This document shows positions 21,501-29,943 of a stretch of 43,576 nt of DNA, piece by piece. The first letter of the stretch is position 1. Every line of letters begins with the position of its first letter. Below the pieces are notes generated by a model. It saw only the letters and a program-made list of their open reading frames with translations. It ran no database searches and was not told the DNA's origin. This DNA is from Spirulina sp. DLM2.Bin59 (lineage in GTDB: Bacteria > Cyanobacteriota > Cyanobacteriia > Cyanobacteriales > Spirulinaceae), in assembly GCA_007693875.1 (NCBI GenBank), contig RECT01000212.1, positions 1-43,576 of the forward strand. The letters are read 5' to 3'. A program made the position numbers and the translations under genes.

Positions 21501-21610
21501 GGGATTTCACCCCCTGGGATGCCTGCCCCATCACCCCCTACGCATTTTCGCAAGACAATTCCCGAATAAGTCCGATGGCGAACCCCTTAAAGTCTTTTAG
21601 AATGGAGTAG
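18536..21610 (+). CDS. PAS-GAF-LOV-PAS-GGDEF-EAL c-di-GMP enzyme
   Basis: GRNCRILQG LOV motif, [21 protein letters not shown]; frame is open from 18254, ATG 18536 is a guess. Confidence 0.9.
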   Translation: MAKDITPRSTTAATVYLQAIPDLLLRCRADGTLIDYYPTMGLLTNILPEDSVGQNLTQILPPDVGGNFLEAIATALRNQQTQTLIYRLSHGGRLHDYEARITAYSSSEVLVIIRDISSQQAHLRDRAQTQSQLHQRLRQQAIVAKLGQKALANQNLDLLMQQAIRLVARTLDVKFGYVLELLPNGQAFLLRSGTGWDRNLVGHAVFSAGKKSHAGYTLAMNQPVIVTNLPAETRFGGTPLLHNHKIVAGVNVLIAGKTDGDPFGVLGVHTQSHRSFTEHDIHFLQAVAHVLATAIARQQADEQLKLLERAIAASHNGVVLTDATQPDNPVIYVNPAFEAITGYTAAEIIGRNCRILQGHETQPQALATIRAAMAEVRECHVTLRNYRKDRTPFWSQLFIAPVFNDQGQLTNFVGVQHDITQRYQTELALQTSEAQYRRIVETAAEGIWMLDDQNRTNFVNAQMAEMLGYTPEEMRGKSLFDFIDPVTRPLVEEKLAKRRRGEEERHDFCFRRRNGQTLWALISTSPLFNEAGEYLGALGMLTDITDRKQAEAQLEHFAFYDALTDLPNRAYFFDRLQESINSYQSNVMNPFAVLFLDLDGFKTVNDGLGHTVGDHLLMAIAQRLRSCLAPDQLLARLGGDEFTVLIPHVREEREAIAIAQRIHDAFLRPFTIDQHTIFSNVSIGIACAHPNYHHPEELLRDADTAMYQAKADGKGHYAVFNYAMHSSALERLQLETNLRWAIEHSQFQLYYQPIIHLATGKLSGFEALIRWHHPEKGWISPSQFIPVAEETRLILDIGAWVIAEACHQLQAWQQQWGPDLQLTMNINLSAKQFAQPELLTQIDAMLHRTHIDPHALKFEITESAIMGHAQAAQETLQALKSRGIQLSIDDFGTGYSSLSYLHHFPVDTLKIDRSFLKSMQIQGGEAEIIKTIIALAHNLGMNVVAEGVETAAQIHYLRALGCEFGQGYFFARPLPAAVATVLAQSLNLGDFTPWDACPITPYAFSQDNSRISPMANPLKSFRME

Positions 21611-21736
21611 GGTGCGATCGCCTTATTCATCCTCTCCCTGTTGCTAGGCTATGGGTGGATTGGGAATTATTAATCCCTGATCATCGGGTCTGGGGTTGGG
21701 ATGTTGTAGATAGCTTTTCGTTTGGCAAGGTGTCTG

Positions 21737-22114
21737 ATGGCTCACATCATGGTGGTGGAAGATAGTCGTACCCAACGACATTTAATTGCCCATTGGCTGA
21801 AGGCCCAGTCGTTTACCGTCACGGCGGTGGACAATGGTTTGGATGCGCTCAAACAGGTGCGGAAGGAACTTCCCGACATTATTATTCTGGACATTGTGAT
21901 GCCTCACCTCAATGGCTATGAGGTGTGCCGTTTTCTCAAAACCAATCGCCGTACCCAGGGCATTTATGTGATCCTCTGCTCTACTCAAGACACGGAGCGC
22001 GATCGCGCCCAGGGCCTGGAGCAGGGGGCTGATGCCTATTTATGTAAGCCGTTTAAGCCTCAGGTGTTGCTCCATACGATCCAGAATTTGCTGGCTACGG
22101 GGACATCGATTTGA
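21737..22114 (+). CDS. Single-domain response regulator (CheY/PilH-like)
   Basis: VVEDS, ILDIVMP, GADAYLCKPF. Confidence 0.92.
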   Translation: MAHIMVVEDSRTQRHLIAHWLKAQSFTVTAVDNGLDALKQVRKELPDIIILDIVMPHLNGYEVCRFLKTNRRTQGIYVILCSTQDTERDRAQGLEQGADAYLCKPFKPQVLLHTIQNLLATGTSI

Positions 22115-22129
22115 GCAGTAGGGAGGGGG

Positions 22130-22681
22130 TTAGACTGTGCCGAAGCGGGGGATGGGGCCAGGATTGGGGCGGCCGAAGGCGGGTAAGTCTACTTTGTTTG
22201 TTGTGCGACGGGTTTTCACTGCGAGGCGATAGCTGACACTTTGCAGTTCAACATGTAGCTGCCGGTTTTCCCGCTGGATGCGGTCGATTTTTTCCTTGAC
22301 GGGAACCATCCGCTCTTCAAATTTGCGGCGGTAAATGTGGGGCATTTCCTGTAAAGCCTGCTCTAGCATGCGGCTGCGATCGCTCAACTCCTGCACCGAT
22401 CGCCGCAGCCCATGGACTTCCTGATCCCGGCTGGCAATCTGTTGTTGATAGAACGTCACCTGCTGCTCCACCTCCTGAAGCTGCTCCCGCAACATCCGCA
22501 TTTCTGCCTTGTGGCGATCGGAGACCTCCGGCTGGGGCATGAATTCGGTATTGCCCTTGACCAAGCGGAAAAGTTCTTGAGAAAGTTGCTGCACCAGTTG
22601 ATCACGGGTTTGCAGTTCTTCCTTGAGGCGGCTGATTTCGCTGCGCAGACTGTTGGTGTTGGCGGTTTCGGGAATACTCAC
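22130..22681 (-). CDS. Conserved cyanobacterial coiled-coil protein
   Basis: Heptad-rich; RDQLVQQLSQELFRLVKGN and ELQSVSYRLA look like a conserved cyanobacterial family. Confidence 0.75.
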   Translation of the reverse strand: MSIPETANTNSLRSEISRLKEELQTRDQLVQQLSQELFRLVKGNTEFMPQPEVSDRHKAEMRMLREQLQEVEQQVTFYQQQIASRDQEVHGLRRSVQELSDRSRMLEQALQEMPHIYRRKFEERMVPVKEKIDRIQRENRQLHVELQSVSYRLAVKTRRTTNKVDLPAFGRPNPGPIPRFGTV

Positions 22682-22787
22682 GGCAGTTTCACAACATCGG
22701 GTGGGCTAGGGTTTAGGATACAATCAACTCCAAGAGTCACGATTCATTTTAATCGCTCTGCTTGAAATTGCATAGGAAAATTCAGCC

Positions 22788-22994
22788 ATGCGGGCGATCG
22801 CCAATCTCCTCACCGCCACCATCCTCGGCACTTGCCTCCTCTTAGTGGCCACGGTGTCCATCCAAAATATCACCCCCCTCACCCTCCGGTTCCTCACCTG
22901 GGAATCGGTGGAAATTCCCTTTGGCATCGTCCTCACGGCGACCCTAGCCCTAGGCTTGCTCCTCGGCGCATTATTGCCACTTTTAAAACGCTAG
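22788..22994 (+). CDS. Small two-TM protein, LapA/DUF1049-like
   Basis: SIQN...LRFL...PFGIVL pattern, 68 aa. Confidence 0.7.
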   Translation: MRAIANLLTATILGTCLLLVATVSIQNITPLTLRFLTWESVEIPFGIVLTATLALGLLLGALLPLLKR

Positions 22995-23002
22995 AACCCC
23001 AG

Positions 23003-23052
23003 AGGGGCGAAAAATTTTTGTGCCTCCGGCAGGCCTACGCCAACGCCCCTAC
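23003..23052. repeat. REP-like palindrome carrying a 24-bp insert (copy 2)
   Basis: AGGGGCGAAAAATTTTT + GTGCCTCCGGCAGGCCTACGCCAA + CGCCCCTAC. Confidence 0.8.
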
Positions 23053-23858
23053 ACCCAAAATTTCCTATTCCCTATTCCCCGTTCCCCATTCCCCGTTCCC
23101 CATTCCCCAAAACCCCCGCAAAACTGCGCCAAACTCAACAGCCGAATCCGGGGATGATTCTGAGCCAAATCCCGCATGTTGGCGGTGTTGTAGCCCCAAT
23201 CGGCGAGGAACAACTCCACCACCTGAAGATCCGGCTGATCCGCAATGTTTTCGAGGGTTTCCATGCGGTCTTCCACAAACCAGGCCCCCGGTTGCCGGAA
23301 TAGCAATTGCCGCAGGGAGTCGGCTTTGGGGCGTTTGACTTCTTTGCCGAAAATATGGCCACCGGGAAAGTCGATCCCCTGTTGGTGGAGGAGTTGGGCG
23401 ATGAATCGCCCCTCTTTGGTGCTGATGATCCAGAGTTCTGGGGTTTTCGCCAGCAGCCAGGTTTGGATTTGCTCTAAAACGCCGGGATAGAAGCGATGGA
23501 GGGCCAGCCAGCCAGCCAGATCCTCCTGGATCCAGCGATCGCGCACCCGATCAACAATGGTGGCAATTTTAATGCGATCGCACTCTTCCGCCTTGACAAT
23601 CTCATCCCGAATCGGGGCCCAATGCTGGGTAATGGCCTCCTTCGTCACACCCATGGCCAAAGCCCGGAGTAAAATCGGCATTTCCCAACCACTTTCAATC
23701 ACCGGCCGCAGCCCACAAAAATCCGCTTCCCAATCCCCTAAATGCTCTGCCCCCCAAATTTCATCATAGGCCCGGCAAGTGGTTCGGAAATACTCCGATA
23801 AACCATTACAAATCACACCGTCAAAATCAAGGGCGAGGAGAGGAACAGGACTAGGCAT
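23049..23858 (-). CDS. HAD-superfamily hydrolase
   Basis: LDFDGVI, STK, FVEDR, LADWGYN. Confidence 0.9.
   Translation of the reverse strand: MPSPVPLLALDFDGVICNGLSEYFRTTCRAYDEIWGAEHLGDWEADFCGLRPVIESGWEMPILLRALAMGVTKEAITQHWAPIRDEIVKAEECDRIKIATIVDRVRDRWIQEDLAGWLALHRFYPGVLEQIQTWLLAKTPELWIISTKEGRFIAQLLHQQGIDFPGGHIFGKEVKRPKADSLRQLLFRQPGAWFVEDRMETLENIADQPDLQVVELFLADWGYNTANMRDLAQNHPRIRLLSLAQFCGGFGEWGTGNGERGIGNRKFWV
23064..23105. repeat. Heptamer tandem repeat (CCYRTTC) x6 inside the 3' end of the HAD ORF
   Basis: CCTATTC CCTATTC CCCGTTC CCCATTC CCCGTTC CCCATTC; reverse complement of the 21-80 family. Confidence 0.85.
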
Positions 23859-23952
23859 TGACCAAGGAGGGGGCTAAGGGTTGGATGCAAGGGGTTTCCC
23901 ACAACCCTGGCCTTGATTTTAGCGCAGAAGTCCCATTGCGAACTCCCCCCCC

Positions 23953-25047
23953 TCACACCATCGGCAGACAAAATTGAAACCGGCTACCCTGATGGAGTTC
24001 GCTCTTCACCTCAATATGACCATTTTGCAACTCAATTAAGCGGCGACTAATGGCCAAACCAATGCCCGTGCCGCCGCTATGGAGGGAGCGCGATCGCTCC
24101 GCCCGCCAAAATCGCTCGAAAATATAGGGCAGATCCTCCGGGGCAATGCCGATCCCCGTATCCACCACCGCAATCCAAACCACAGGGGGCGATCGCCAGG
24201 CCAGAATCTGCACCTTCCCCACCTCCGTATAGCGCAGGGCATTGCCCACTAAATTCATCATCACCTGTTCCGTCCGGTCAAAATCCGCACAGACCGGCGG
24301 CAAATCCGGAGGGCAATCTAAAATCAACACCGGATCATCATCCATCAACTGATCCTGAAACCGCTCCATCACCCCCTGCAATAACGGCAACAAATCCACC
24401 GACTCCAGATGAATGGGCAAATAGCCCGCCTCCGCCTTGGATAATTCTTGTAAATCGTGGGTGAGGCGTTCTAATCGCTGGGTCTCCCGCACAAGACGCA
24501 GATACAGTTCCGGGGAAGGATCTAACCGCCCATCGGCCAACTCCTCCAAATAGCCTCGCATCACCGTCAGGGGCGTGCGCAACTCATGGGTGAGATCGCT
24601 CATCAATTCCCGGCGACGGCTCTCCACCCCCTCTAAACTTTTTGCCATGCGGTTAAAGCTTTGTCCAAGGGCATTTAATTCGGGAATTTCCATCGCGGGC
24701 ATCCGTTCTTGTAACTGGCCAGAGGCAAATTTTTGGGTAATTTTGCTCATCTCGCTCAGGGGCTGGGTGATTCGGTGGGAGAGCCAGAGGCTCAAGGCCC
24801 CCGCCGTTGTCCCGCCAATGACCACCGACCAGAGGCTACTGCTGTTCCAAGCACTTTCAAAGCCATCAATTAAATAGGTGCGGGCCGATCGCACCGTCAC
24901 CAGACCCCGCTGCTCCAACTGCTCCAAACGCAGCACAAAAAAACGCGGCGAGGACAACTTCGCAATAATCACAAAGGTTCCCAACCCCACCACCATGACA
25001 AGCAGGTGGGACAGTAAGAGGCGGGTGCTGAGGGTAAATTTAGCCAC
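23953..25047 (-). CDS. Membrane HAMP sensor histidine kinase (BaeS-like)
   Basis: Two TMs, HAMP, THELRTPL, NALRY, DTGIG, GTGIGL. Confidence 0.93.
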   Translation of the reverse strand: MAKFTLSTRLLLSHLLVMVVGLGTFVIIAKLSSPRFFVLRLEQLEQRGLVTVRSARTYLIDGFESAWNSSSLWSVVIGGTTAGALSLWLSHRITQPLSEMSKITQKFASGQLQERMPAMEIPELNALGQSFNRMAKSLEGVESRRRELMSDLTHELRTPLTVMRGYLEELADGRLDPSPELYLRLVRETQRLERLTHDLQELSKAEAGYLPIHLESVDLLPLLQGVMERFQDQLMDDDPVLILDCPPDLPPVCADFDRTEQVMMNLVGNALRYTEVGKVQILAWRSPPVVWIAVVDTGIGIAPEDLPYIFERFWRAERSRSLHSGGTGIGLAISRRLIELQNGHIEVKSELHQGSRFQFCLPMV

Positions 25048-25110
25048 AGTACGGAACTCCCATTAGATTCTGAACGTCGCGGGCCCATAACTCCTACCCT
25101 AACCTTTCCC

Positions 25111-25749
25111 ATGATTGCATTGACGCGGCGCACCACCGCCACCCTCCTCACCGTTACCCTCGGCCTCACCGCTGCCCTGCCCTTAATCCCGGCGGCCACA
25201 GCCCAACGATTGCCGGATATTTCCCGCGCCACCATTCCCGACGGCACAACCTTCCCCACCAATGCCGCTGATCCAGAGACGGAAAAAATTCTTTTGGCTA
25301 AAAATGAGGCGGAGGCCATGCCCTTTACTCTGGTGTTGGCGGCTAATGTGCGCGATCGCCGCGATCGCGTTTTAATCCCCCAAGGCACTGTCATTGAAGG
25401 GGAAATTGAAGTCCTTGAAGATCAAGGGGTGCGGTTTGTCGCCAAGGAAATTTTGGTGGGTCATAATCGCCTGGTTTTAGATGCTGAATCACAACTAATC
25501 ACGAAAACCGAGCGGGTCAGACGGGGGGCCAATGGCGATTCAATTATCCAAGGGGCCGCCATTGGGGCCGCCGCCGCTTCGGTGATTTCTGTACTCACAG
25601 GGTCACGGATTTCTGTCGGCAGTATTTTGGGCGGTGCCGCAGCCGGTGGTTTAGGCGGCTTACTGGTAAGACAACGGTCTGTAGATCTCTATACCGTTGA
25701 TCCCAATGCTGATTTCGACATTACCTTAAGCAATCCTCTGCCCCTCTAA
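25111..25749 (+). CDS. Exported protein with glycine-zipper C-terminus, function unknown
   Basis: Signal peptide ending ATA-Q; GAAIGAAAA and GGAAAGGLGG. Confidence 0.75.
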   Translation: MIALTRRTTATLLTVTLGLTAALPLIPAATAQRLPDISRATIPDGTTFPTNAADPETEKILLAKNEAEAMPFTLVLAANVRDRRDRVLIPQGTVIEGEIEVLEDQGVRFVAKEILVGHNRLVLDAESQLITKTERVRRGANGDSIIQGAAIGAAAASVISVLTGSRISVGSILGGAAAGGLGGLLVRQRSVDLYTVDPNADFDITLSNPLPL

Positions 25750-25837
25750 GGGTGAGGCGATCGCCTTCCCGGACTGAGTTTTCGACGTTATCGGTGTGGC
25801 AATGGTCTCCACCAGGCTGTTCTCTGCTGAGGGGAGT

Positions 25838-25879
25838 GAAGCCTCAATCCCCCGTTTGCTAAACGGGGGGTTAGGTCAT
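25838..25879 (+). mobile_element. IS200/IS605-like right-end remnant (copy 1)
   Basis: AATCCCCCGTTT-GCT-AAACGGGGGG-TTAGGTCAT; homologous to 33938-33981. Confidence 0.5.
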
Positions 25880-26092
25880 CCCTCCGGCGATAACTGAAGA
25901 TTTCACGGATTATTAAAGCCGAATTTTTGAGAGGAACCTCGATCTGGGGGTGATGATCAGCAATTTTACGGAAGCTTTGTGCCTCATTCTTCCCAAGTTT
26001 TTCACAACTATTCTTTAGAATCAGTGCCAGAATAACGGATAATACCATTAGCCCGATTGTTCTACTCAGGCTGAAACTTAAGACAGGGTAAT

Positions 26093-27175
26093 ATGACGTT
26101 TGTTCCTACATTGGCAGACCCCCCAATCATCATGGACTCCCCTCCATCGCACTGTATCCGCCCCGGATTCTCGGATGAACTGACGCTCTCAACCGCAGAG
26201 ATTAGTCACGAATTGCGAACCCCCCTCACCTCAATTCGGGGAGCTCTGGGCCTGTTACTCAGTGGGAAAATCAATGTCCACACGGAGCAGGGGCAGCATC
26301 TCCTCCACATTGCCGCCAACAATGCGGATCGGCTCATCCGTCTCACGACCACCATTGAAGACGACCAAATGGCCGCCCAGTCCCTCTTAACCGCTGCCGG
26401 TTTAGCCCGACTCCGCCTCGAAAAAGACCTGTTGCAGGCTTGGGATAGTCGGGATTTTGCCGTCTATTATCAACCGATCGTCTCTGCCACAACCCACGCA
26501 ATCCAGGGGTTTGAAGCCCTAACTCGTTGGCAACACCCCCATCGAGGTTTTATTTCCCCCGCTGAATTTATCCCCATTGCCGAAGAATTGCATTTAATCC
26601 ATGATCTCGGTCTTTGGGTCTTTGAGCAAGCTTGTCAACAACTGGCCCATTGGCAGGCCCAATTTCCCCGCACCGTCCCCCTGACGATGAGCGTTAATCT
26701 TTCGCCGTTGCAGTTATTGCGCGGCAATCTCGCCCAACAGGTGACGGCGATTATCGCCCAGTATCCGGTGGCTCCCGGTAGCCTGCGGGTGGAAATCACC
26801 GAAAGCACGGTCATTGAAAACCCCATCGCCATTGCCACGCTCCAAGCTCTGAAGGCCTCCGGGATTCAGGTTTATTTGGATGATTTCGGTACGGGTTATT
26901 CCTGCCTGGCCCGACTCCATGATTTGGCGGTGGATGTGCTGAAAATTGACCGCTCCTTTGTGGTACAGCAGCAGTGGCAGATGATCCGGGGCATTGTCCA
27001 ATTGGCGAAAAGTATTGGTTTAACCGTAATCACGGAGGGAGTGGAAACTGAGAATGATGTGGAACGGCTCACTGAACTCGGTTGTCACGCCCTCCAAGGC
27101 TATTGGTTTTCTAAACCCGTGATGGCGCATCAGGTGGAGGAATTACTCCATCACGAAATTAAGGTGGCGGCCTAG
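26093..27175 (+). CDS. HisKA (DHp)-EAL fusion, putative c-di-GMP phosphodiesterase
   Basis: [16 protein letters not shown] then [19 protein letters not shown]; no ATPase domain. Confidence 0.88.
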   Translation: MTFVPTLADPPIIMDSPPSHCIRPGFSDELTLSTAEISHELRTPLTSIRGALGLLLSGKINVHTEQGQHLLHIAANNADRLIRLTTTIEDDQMAAQSLLTAAGLARLRLEKDLLQAWDSRDFAVYYQPIVSATTHAIQGFEALTRWQHPHRGFISPAEFIPIAEELHLIHDLGLWVFEQACQQLAHWQAQFPRTVPLTMSVNLSPLQLLRGNLAQQVTAIIAQYPVAPGSLRVEITESTVIENPIAIATLQALKASGIQVYLDDFGTGYSCLARLHDLAVDVLKIDRSFVVQQQWQMIRGIVQLAKSIGLTVITEGVETENDVERLTELGCHALQGYWFSKPVMAHQVEELLHHEIKVAA

Positions 27176-27852
27176 GCGATCGCCCTCAGCACCGCCCCAG
27201 AATCCGCCACCGCCCCAAACACCCCCCCCTGCATCGTCACCATTTTCAGGGCAGCTTGATGGTTGCCATAGTCTGTTGCGCCGGTACAGTCGGAGAGAAT
27301 TAAGCACTCATACCCCCGATCATTGGCCTCGCGCATCGTCGTGTGAACGCAAACATCGGTGGTAATCCCGGTGAGGATTAAGTTTTCAATGCCATTGCGA
27401 TGGAGCAATAGATCTAAATCCGTGGCATAAAAGGCACTTTTCCCGGGCTTGTCGATCACTGCTTCCCCCGGCAGGGGGGCCAATTCCGGAATAATCTCCC
27501 AACCGGCTTCCCCCCGGATCAAAATTCGCCCACAGGGGCCAGGGTCGCCAATGCCGGCGCCAATCTGCTGACTGCGCCAGCGTTTATTGGCGGGTAAATC
27601 CGTCAAGTCTGGGCGGTGGCCTTCGCGGGTATGGAGGATCATGAAGCCCTGCGATCGCATCACCGCTAACAAGCTTTGGATCGGCTTAATGGGGGCGCGG
27701 GTCAGGGATAAATCGTAGCCCATCTGATCCACATACCCCCCCACCCCACAAAAATCCGTCTGCATATCGATGATGATCAGCGCCGTATTGTCAGGACGCA
27801 AATCGCCGTTATAGGGATAGGGGTAAGGGTTTGCTTCAATGTAGCAGGTCAT
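27172..27852 (-). CDS. Isochorismatase-family cysteine hydrolase, biuret hydrolase (BiuH)-like
   Basis: [35 protein letters not shown]; ATG 27852 preferred. Confidence 0.85.
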   Translation of the reverse strand: MTCYIEANPYPYPYNGDLRPDNTALIIIDMQTDFCGVGGYVDQMGYDLSLTRAPIKPIQSLLAVMRSQGFMILHTREGHRPDLTDLPANKRWRSQQIGAGIGDPGPCGRILIRGEAGWEIIPELAPLPGEAVIDKPGKSAFYATDLDLLLHRNGIENLILTGITTDVCVHTTMREANDRGYECLILSDCTGATDYGNHQAALKMVTMQGGVFGAVADSGAVLRAIA

Positions 27853-27980
27853 AAGCACAGGCTCCGGATGACGGTGTTCAGCAGATTTTCTGATAAATTT
27901 ATACCATGCCCCCAGGGATCTCAATTTTGATCATGGGTTATCATGATCCATTGTGCTTTAGTTCTCTCCCTGTGTTGGTT

Positions 27981-29012
27981 ATGGCCCCTTCCTTCCTGCA
28001 ATGTTTCGAGTTTGATCAAGATACGGCCGCCACAACGGCCCTGCAATCGGGGGTGGCGCTGATCGATGGCAGTGCAGGGGGTCGCCTCGAATTAACCGGG
28101 GCGGATTGTCGCCAATTCCTCCACAACCAGACGACGAATGCGATCGCCTCCCTCCAGCCGGGCCAAGGCTGCGAAACGGTTTTCGTCAATTCCACGGCAC
28201 GAACCCTCGATTTAGCAACGGTGTTGTGTTGGGGAGAACGCCTGTGGTTAACGGTTTCCCCCGGTCAAGCGGGGCCCCTGATGGCTTGGCTGGATCGCTA
28301 CATCTTCCCCATGGATCGTGTCACCATCACCGATCTTTCCGAAACCCATACCCTGTTTACCCTCGTTGGCCCCCAAGCAACCGCCCTCCTCAACCGTTGC
28401 GGTATTACCACCCCCCCTAGCCCGGATTTTGCCCATTGCTCCGCTGAGATCGCTGGAGTTCCCGTGCAATTGATGGCGGGGACGGGGTTGGATCTGCCGG
28501 GTTATCAGGTTTGGGTGGCGGCTGATCGGGCTGCCACGGTTTGGAGCAGTTTCATGGCAGAGGGGGCGGTTCCCTTCGATGAGGTTCATGGGGAAACCCT
28601 GCGGATTATCCAGGGCCGCCCGGCTCCGGGGGCAGAGTTAACCGAGCAATACAACCCCCTTGAGGCGGGTCTGTGGCGGGCGATTTCTTTCACGAAAGGT
28701 TGCTACATTGGCCAGGAAACTGTTGCCCGGTTGAATACTTACCAAGGGGTGAAGCAACGGCTGTGGCAGATGCCGTTATCAGCCCCTGTAGCGGTGGGAA
28801 CTCCCATTTTGCAAGGGGAGGCGAAGGTGGGGGAAATTACCAGTGTGGCGGCCATCGCTGGGGGAGCGATGGCTCTGGGCTATGTGAAAACCAAGGCCGG
28901 GGAGGCGGGATCAACGGTGGCAGTGGGGGATCAGGTGGCCAAGCTCCAAGCGGCTCCCTATCTTAGCCATGCTTACTATCAACCAACCGCAGCCAATTCC
29001 CCTCAACCCTAA
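27981..29012 (+). CDS. Folate-binding YgfZ/GcvT-family protein
   Basis: FLHNQTTN, KGCYIGQE signature. Confidence 0.92.
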   Translation: MAPSFLQCFEFDQDTAATTALQSGVALIDGSAGGRLELTGADCRQFLHNQTTNAIASLQPGQGCETVFVNSTARTLDLATVLCWGERLWLTVSPGQAGPLMAWLDRYIFPMDRVTITDLSETHTLFTLVGPQATALLNRCGITTPPSPDFAHCSAEIAGVPVQLMAGTGLDLPGYQVWVAADRAATVWSSFMAEGAVPFDEVHGETLRIIQGRPAPGAELTEQYNPLEAGLWRAISFTKGCYIGQETVARLNTYQGVKQRLWQMPLSAPVAVGTPILQGEAKVGEITSVAAIAGGAMALGYVKTKAGEAGSTVAVGDQVAKLQAAPYLSHAYYQPTAANSPQP

Positions 29013-29943
29013 GGATGAATTGCCCCGGCAATGTACTGCTTTGGCTCCTTTGGGGGGCGGTGAGGAGGGGGATCAGGGCTTCGATTTGGGCAAAGGTGGG
29101 GGCCTGGGGGAGGTGCTGTTGGCAGAATTGGCGTAGGACCCGCCGCTGGAGGGCGAGATGGCTCGGGGCGATGATCTTGCGGGCTAATTGGGGGGGGTCG
29201 GGGCTGTAGCTGGCCTGCCACAGTTGGGCGGCTTGGGCCTGGAGGTAGTCGCGATCGCTGGTGAGGAGTTCCGCTGTTTGGGCCATGGCCCGATCCACTT
29301 GGGGATTAAATTCCTGGCGCAGTTGGGGGAAGATGTCTAACCGGAGGCGATTGCGACGATAATGGCGGTCTTGATTGAGGACATCTGTCCAGACGGGTAG
29401 ATGATGGTGTCGGCAAAATTCGCTGGTTTCGGGGCGGGTGATGGTGAGTAACGGGCGAATTAACTGGATGGTGGCGGTGAGGGGACGTTGCCAGGGTAAT
29501 GTGCCTAACCCTTCGATGCCTGCCCCCCGGATCAGGTTATAGAGGACTGTTTCGGCGCGATCGCTCTGGGTGTGGCCCGTGGCGATCGCCCCATAGCCCT
29601 CTGCCTGGGCCATGGCCGCGAGGGCTTGATAACGCCAGGCCCGGGCGGCGGCTTCGGTTTGGGGGAGGTTTTCTGCCTCGGTTTGATAATAGGGGAGTTG
29701 GTACTGATGGGCGATCGCCTCCACATGGGCCGCAATTCCCCCATCGCTGGGCCAACGATGATCACAATGGGCCACCCCCAACCGCCAACCCCAGCGGGGT
29801 TGCAGATCCACACAAAGTTTCAACAGACAGAGAGAATCTTGACCCCCAGAAACGGCCAGGAGGAGAGTTGATCCGGGGGAGAGGAGCGATCGCCCCCGCA
29901 ACTCCCGCTCAACGCGACAATGGAGATCACTCCACACCATCAA
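28963..29943 (-). CDS. tilS: tRNA(Ile)-lysidine synthetase
   Basis: AVSGGQDS, EAAARAWRY, GHTQSDRAET, RNRLR. Confidence 0.95.
   Translation of the reverse strand: MMVWSDLHCRVERELRGRSLLSPGSTLLLAVSGGQDSLCLLKLCVDLQPRWGWRLGVAHCDHRWPSDGGIAAHVEAIAHQYQLPYYQTEAENLPQTEAAARAWRYQALAAMAQAEGYGAIATGHTQSDRAETVLYNLIRGAGIEGLGTLPWQRPLTATIQLIRPLLTITRPETSEFCRHHHLPVWTDVLNQDRHYRRNRLRLDIFPQLRQEFNPQVDRAMAQTAELLTSDRDYLQAQAAQLWQASYSPDPPQLARKIIAPSHLALQRRVLRQFCQQHLPQAPTFAQIEALIPLLTAPQRSQSSTLPGQFILRVEGNWLRLVDSKHG

Noticed and set aside
28963-29012. 50-bp convergent overlap of ygfZ-like and tilS
   Set aside because: Short tail overlaps are common; no sign of function
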